Below are positions 60,598 through 64,000 of a DNA stretch of 64,000 nt, one piece after another. The DNA is taken from positions 1-64,000 of IMG/VR virus record IMGVR_UViG_3300019757_000093; one strand, written 5' to 3'. Position 1 is the stretch's first letter; each line of letters opens with the position of its first letter. The position numbers and the translations under genes are program-made. The notes below the pieces were generated by a model, which did not search any database, had not been told where the DNA came from, and saw only the letters and a program-made list of their open reading frames with translations. This DNA is from a virus.

Positions 60598-61332
60598 TTG
60601 TCTATTCAAATAAGAAGAAATAACTATTTTAAAAAAGCGGAACGTATTCATAAAGATAAATTCTCTTATAATAAAGATAGTTATATTCATTCTAAGAAAA
60701 AAATAGAAATCTTCTGTCCAGAACATGGGAGTTTTTGGCAAAGACCGGATCTTCATTTATCTGGAAAGGGTGGGTGTAGAGGTTGTAATCCTATCAGTGA
60801 TTATACTTTTAAAAAAGGACATCGCCCTGCGAATACTCATAACCAGGACGATTTCATAAATAAATGCATAGAAGTTCATGGTAATAGATACGATTACTCG
60901 ATGGTAATATATAAAAATAGCACTTCCAAGGTACAAATTATTTGTCCAGAACACGGAAGTTTTTGGCAAAGAGCATCTGATCATAAAAATGGATGTGGCT
61001 GCCCAAAATGCTGCGAAAGTAAAGGAGAAGCTAGAGTTAGAACTTATTTAGAAGAGAATAAAATTTCTTTTAAACAAGAATATAGCTTCTCTAAATTAGG
61101 TCTATATAGATTCGATTTTTATTTAGAAGAATATAATCTCTGTATAGAATATGATGGTCGACAACACTTCGAAGAAGTAGCTTGTTGGGAACCCTTGAGC
61201 GAAGTCCAAAAGAGAGACGAGATTAAAAATAATTATTGTAAACACGAAGGTATAGATTTAATCCGTATCCCTTTTACTAAGTTTAAGTTAATAAAAGAAA
61301 TTTTAGATAATAAATTAAAGGAATTAAAATGA
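60598..61332 (+). CDS. homing-endonuclease-like protein (2x CPEHG ribbon + PD-(D/E)XK/DUF559-like)
   Basis: CPEHGSFWQ x2; SKGE..L..QEY..RFDFYL..IEYDGRQHF..D..K..YC..LIRI. Confidence 0.82.
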   Translation: MSIQIRRNNYFKKAERIHKDKFSYNKDSYIHSKKKIEIFCPEHGSFWQRPDLHLSGKGGCRGCNPISDYTFKKGHRPANTHNQDDFINKCIEVHGNRYDYSMVIYKNSTSKVQIICPEHGSFWQRASDHKNGCGCPKCCESKGEARVRTYLEENKISFKQEYSFSKLGLYRFDFYLEEYNLCIEYDGRQHFEEVACWEPLSEVQKRDEIKNNYCKHEGIDLIRIPFTKFKLIKEILDNKLKELK

Positions 61333-61649
61333 GTACTGTAGCTAGAATAGGAGACCCTTGTTTCGGAATATGTATGTGGCCACCGTAACCTCCGCCATCA
61401 GGACCAGGCCCACAACCCTGCAATGGTATAATTACTAGTGGAGACCCACAACATTTAAGTGGTAGTACTCCGGTAGCAAGATTAGGTGATTTCGCTTCAT
61501 TCCCTATTGGACCAGCTCAAATAGTATTTGGTACTCCAAATGAATTAAGTGCTGGTCAACCGGTAGCAAGATTAGGAGATTCAGTTTTAGGACCATTAGT
61601 AACTTCTGGTATAATTACTGGAGGAAATCCTCAGGATATTAGTCTTTAA
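61329..61649 (+). CDS. PAAR spike-tip protein with in-frame TAA at codon 20 (61386-61388); not in ORF track
   Basis: MSTVARIGDPCFGICMWPP*PPPSGPGPQPCNGIITSG..PVARLGD..PVARLGD..GIITGGNPQDISL: three PAAR motifs in one frame. Confidence 0.85.
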
Positions 61650-61653
61650 ATTA

Positions 61654-61701
61654 AATAGCTTAGCTTAAGATAGCTATAGCTTAGTATAGTGCTCCAGCTA
61701 T
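61654..61701 (+). repeat. 48-bp AGCT-rich repeat, full copy
   Basis: Identical to 18315-18362. Confidence 0.95.
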
Positions 61702-61756
61702 TCCATTTTTTTCACGACATGAAATTACAAAATGGAGAATTGAGGAAAGGAATTAA

Positions 61757-62866
61757 ATGATAAATTTTTATAGTGTTGAGAATCAAGCCAATGTTATACC
61801 GATATCAAAAGGGAATGATTGGCCTATCATTGGACACGTAAAATTATATACTGAAAATTTTAATAATTTTAATAATCAATACAATAGTTTATTTCAAGAT
61901 ATAGATACTTATGTAGCCGATAATAATAACGGTGAATGTTTACATCAGGATACATATGCTTTCTTTAAAGAACAATTCAAAGATAAACTTCCTACTTTAT
62001 TAGGAGATTTAACGGCTGGAATGGATAGTATGTATTTGGATAACATGAGAACTTCTGACGTTCCATCATTTACAAGTACTGCTGGAATATTTGCTAAGTT
62101 AGTAGATGTATTAGATACAGGGGCCGATAATTTTTTAAATAATTATAGTATGGCGAGACAGATGGAGAAGTATGAATGTTCTTATCTAACATTATTTAGA
62201 TTCTTGATGCAATTACAAGGAACTATTAAAAGTGGAACTATTATGGGATACTTTGATAATATATATAAAGAATTTAAAGAATCATTAGACGCTTTCCGAA
62301 ATTATATTATATTAGATACTAGAACTAATCCTCCATCTTATAGAAGTACTTGCGAGCAATTAGAGGCTATCCATTTTGGATTATATAATGAATACGAATA
62401 CGCTGGCGAAACTTTTCCAGCTTTTAATAATCATTTTCAAGAATATCAAGCTGCCTTATTAGAAGGGTTTGAAGATCTAAATTTAATATTAGATACTTTT
62501 CAAGGCTTCTATGATGAATTATATTTAGGTATGAAAGTAATATCAGCTATTAATATGGTATTTTATTCTGATCCACAAGATGCTGATATGATTAGAAATG
62601 AAGGAGCGAGCAATTTTTCTTTTTTAACATTAAGTACAGAAGGAAATGATGCGGAAGATACTAGAACATTAAAGGCCAGAACTCTTTATTGTATTAGTAT
62701 TTCGATACCGATGGCATTGGATGCTATTCAATATATAGATAGTACTAGAAGTAATATCAATACTATTTTAGCCCAATTAATTCATAATGTATTAGATGCT
62801 TTAGGAATTCTCCCAAAATTAACTGCTATGAAAGAGGTCGTTTTAACTCAAGGTGGTGAACTATAA
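61757..62866 (+). CDS. hypothetical helical protein
   Basis: 369 aa, AAGGA RBS. Confidence 0.7.
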   Translation: MINFYSVENQANVIPISKGNDWPIIGHVKLYTENFNNFNNQYNSLFQDIDTYVADNNNGECLHQDTYAFFKEQFKDKLPTLLGDLTAGMDSMYLDNMRTSDVPSFTSTAGIFAKLVDVLDTGADNFLNNYSMARQMEKYECSYLTLFRFLMQLQGTIKSGTIMGYFDNIYKEFKESLDAFRNYIILDTRTNPPSYRSTCEQLEAIHFGLYNEYEYAGETFPAFNNHFQEYQAALLEGFEDLNLILDTFQGFYDELYLGMKVISAINMVFYSDPQDADMIRNEGASNFSFLTLSTEGNDAEDTRTLKARTLYCISISIPMALDAIQYIDSTRSNINTILAQLIHNVLDALGILPKLTAMKEVVLTQGGEL

Positions 62867-62871
62867 GGTAA

Positions 62872-62894
62872 ATCCCTTCGGGGATATTCCTGTC
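62872..62894 (+). terminator. hairpin + TTCCTGTC element
   Basis: ATCCC-TTCG-GGGAT ATTCCTGTC. Confidence 0.72.
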
Positions 62895-62924
62895 CGTAAA
62901 AAAAGACAGGAGTTTGTAAGCTAT

Positions 62925-62936
62925 AACAAACCTTTA
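62925..62936 (+). promoter_or_regulatory. candidate late promoter
   Basis: AACA-AACCTT-TA. Confidence 0.6.
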
Positions 62937-62961
62937 TAATAAAATATTCAAAAGGAAAAGT

Positions 62962-63510
62962 ATGGGAGCTAGTTTAACTAAAGACGAAATAAACTTCGGT
63001 AAAAGTAATAGAAACTACGAACAATACATGGAAAATTCTTTTAAAAGAACTAACATGATATTGACAAAACCGAAAGGTTGGATTATAATGGATAGTTTTA
63101 ATAATAAATATTTTCCAGTAAAAGAATTTGAAGTCGATAGCCTTAAATTTAATTCTGGTAAATTAAAAACTTATTTTACTCAACATTATGGAGGTAATCC
63201 TAGGGATTTATTTTTACCGTGGCATTATATAGTAGAATTAGTAGAGGGCGAACAGCCTTTTGTAATGAATACTAGACCATTTAATTATAAAAGTGGATTT
63301 AAAGGATACGAACAATATCTTACTATTATGATTATAGGTAATAGTAATAATGATATTTATCCAGGAAGATTCTATAAGCAGATAGCACATATGATAATGA
63401 ATCCTATGGCTTTTATGAAAGGGTTCTTTATTCCTAACGAAAGTTCTAGACGTCTTTATTGGACAGGAACTAACTTTAAGAAAGAAGAATTAGAGTTACA
63501 TCTTTATTAG
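62962..63510 (+). CDS. degenerate amidase_2/PGRP-fold protein (tentative)
   Basis: PWHYIVE..G..RP..LTIMIIGN pattern; Zn ligands not evident. Confidence 0.4.
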   Translation: MGASLTKDEINFGKSNRNYEQYMENSFKRTNMILTKPKGWIIMDSFNNKYFPVKEFEVDSLKFNSGKLKTYFTQHYGGNPRDLFLPWHYIVELVEGEQPFVMNTRPFNYKSGFKGYEQYLTIMIIGNSNNDIYPGRFYKQIAHMIMNPMAFMKGFFIPNESSRRLYWTGTNFKKEELELHLY

Positions 63511-63511
63511 T

Positions 63512-63523
63512 AACTAATGGCTA
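63512..63523 (+). promoter_or_regulatory. candidate late promoter
   Basis: AACT-AATGGC-TA just upstream of AAGGAGG RBS. Confidence 0.55.
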
Positions 63524-63536
63524 ATAAGGAGGAATA

Positions 63537-64000
63537 ATGAAAAAAACTTTAATAGAACATATAGAAGATTTTAATAAAATACATAATAATAAATATAATT
63601 ACTCGAAGGTAAATATATTTACTTGGAAAGGGTATTTAAAAAAGATACCAATAATTTGTCCAGAACATGGTTTATTTTATCAAACTCCTTCCGATCATAA
63701 ACGTCCAAATGGATGTAAAAATTGTGGAATAAAAAAAGGAAGTAAAAAGAGAATTATATCTTTTGATAATTTACAAAAAGAATTTAATAAAATACATAAG
63801 AATAAATATGATTATTCAAAAGTAAAATATAAAAATATTAGTACTAAAATAGATATTATTTGTCCAGAACATGGAGTTTTTTCTCAATTACCTATGTCTC
63901 ATAAATTAGGATATGGTTGTAATAAATGCAGAAAATATACAATATCGAAAGAAAAAATAATTAAACATATAGAAGAATTTAATAAAATACATAAGAATAA
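63537..64000 (+). CDS. CPEHG-repeat homing-endonuclease-like protein (runs off the window)
   Basis: MKKTLIEHIEDFNKIHNNKYNYSKV..ICPEHG..H..GCKNC..KYDYSKV..ICPEHG..GCNKC. Confidence 0.78.
   Translation, partial: MKKTLIEHIEDFNKIHNNKYNYSKVNIFTWKGYLKKIPIICPEHGLFYQTPSDHKRPNGCKNCGIKKGSKKRIISFDNLQKEFNKIHKNKYDYSKVKYKNISTKIDIICPEHGVFSQLPMSHKLGYGCNKCRKYTISKEKIIKHIEEFNKIHKN

Noticed and set aside
23023-60984. Short minus-strand ORFs in the late region (23023, 24562, 25160, 26741, 30146, 36689, 46345, 51961, 53628, 55193, 55353, 56988, 58188, 60547, 60757)
   Set aside because: Antisense shadows of longer genes that have recognisable motifs or clear RBSs
7766-61701. AGCT repeats as a CRISPR array
   Set aside because: Copies are kilobases apart, in both orientations, with no spacer periodicity
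61714-61725. Reverse-orientation ATTTCATGTCGT resembling the TTCCTGTC tail
   Set aside because: One mismatch, opposite strand, and no adjacent upstream hairpin in that orientation; not counted
1-64000. Genome-wide stop-codon reassignment
   Set aside because: Coding density is high under code 11, and TAA, TAG and TGA all end genes followed by new RBS/starts; only the PAAR gene has an internal stop

Overview
AT-rich segment of a jumbo, contractile-tailed (myovirus-like) phage genome, standard genetic code. From 1 to 18.2 kb is a leftward block of mostly small accessory/early genes: the N-terminus of a succinyl-CoA synthetase beta subunit, a Nudix hydrolase, a radical SAM enzyme, a gamma-glutamylcyclotransferase, an HD hydrolase and two paralog pairs. 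A divergent control region lies at 18.2-18.5 kb, followed by a rightward sugar-modification cluster (two deacetylases, two SDR/epimerase-like proteins, a metallophosphoesterase). From 23.5 to 64 kb is the late morphogenesis region: prohead protease, candidate internal head proteins, major capsid, holin, baseplate, sheath, tube, spike, fibres, PAAR and several zinc-ribbon homing-endonuclease-like genes. Highlights read by eye from the DNA: (i) eleven intergenic AACWAA-N4-TA boxes matching the AR9-type late promoter, often preceded by hairpin+TTCCTGTC elements (nine copies) that lack a U-tract; (ii) a dispersed AGCT-rich repeat family, with three identical 48-bp copies, one inside a 21-bp terminal inverted repeat; (iii) small proteins with a shared N-terminal targeting/cleavage peptide and glycine-zipper bodies (candidate injected membrane proteins); (iv) a PAAR gene missed by the ORF track because of one in-frame TAA inside a polyproline run; (v) a possible +1 frameshift in a tail chaperone; (vi) a three-member gene family with constant N-terminus and swapped C-terminal domains; (vii) an HxH/His-Cys-rich fibre paralog. 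All product calls come from motif recognition only, no searches were run. A Campylobacterota host is a weak inference.
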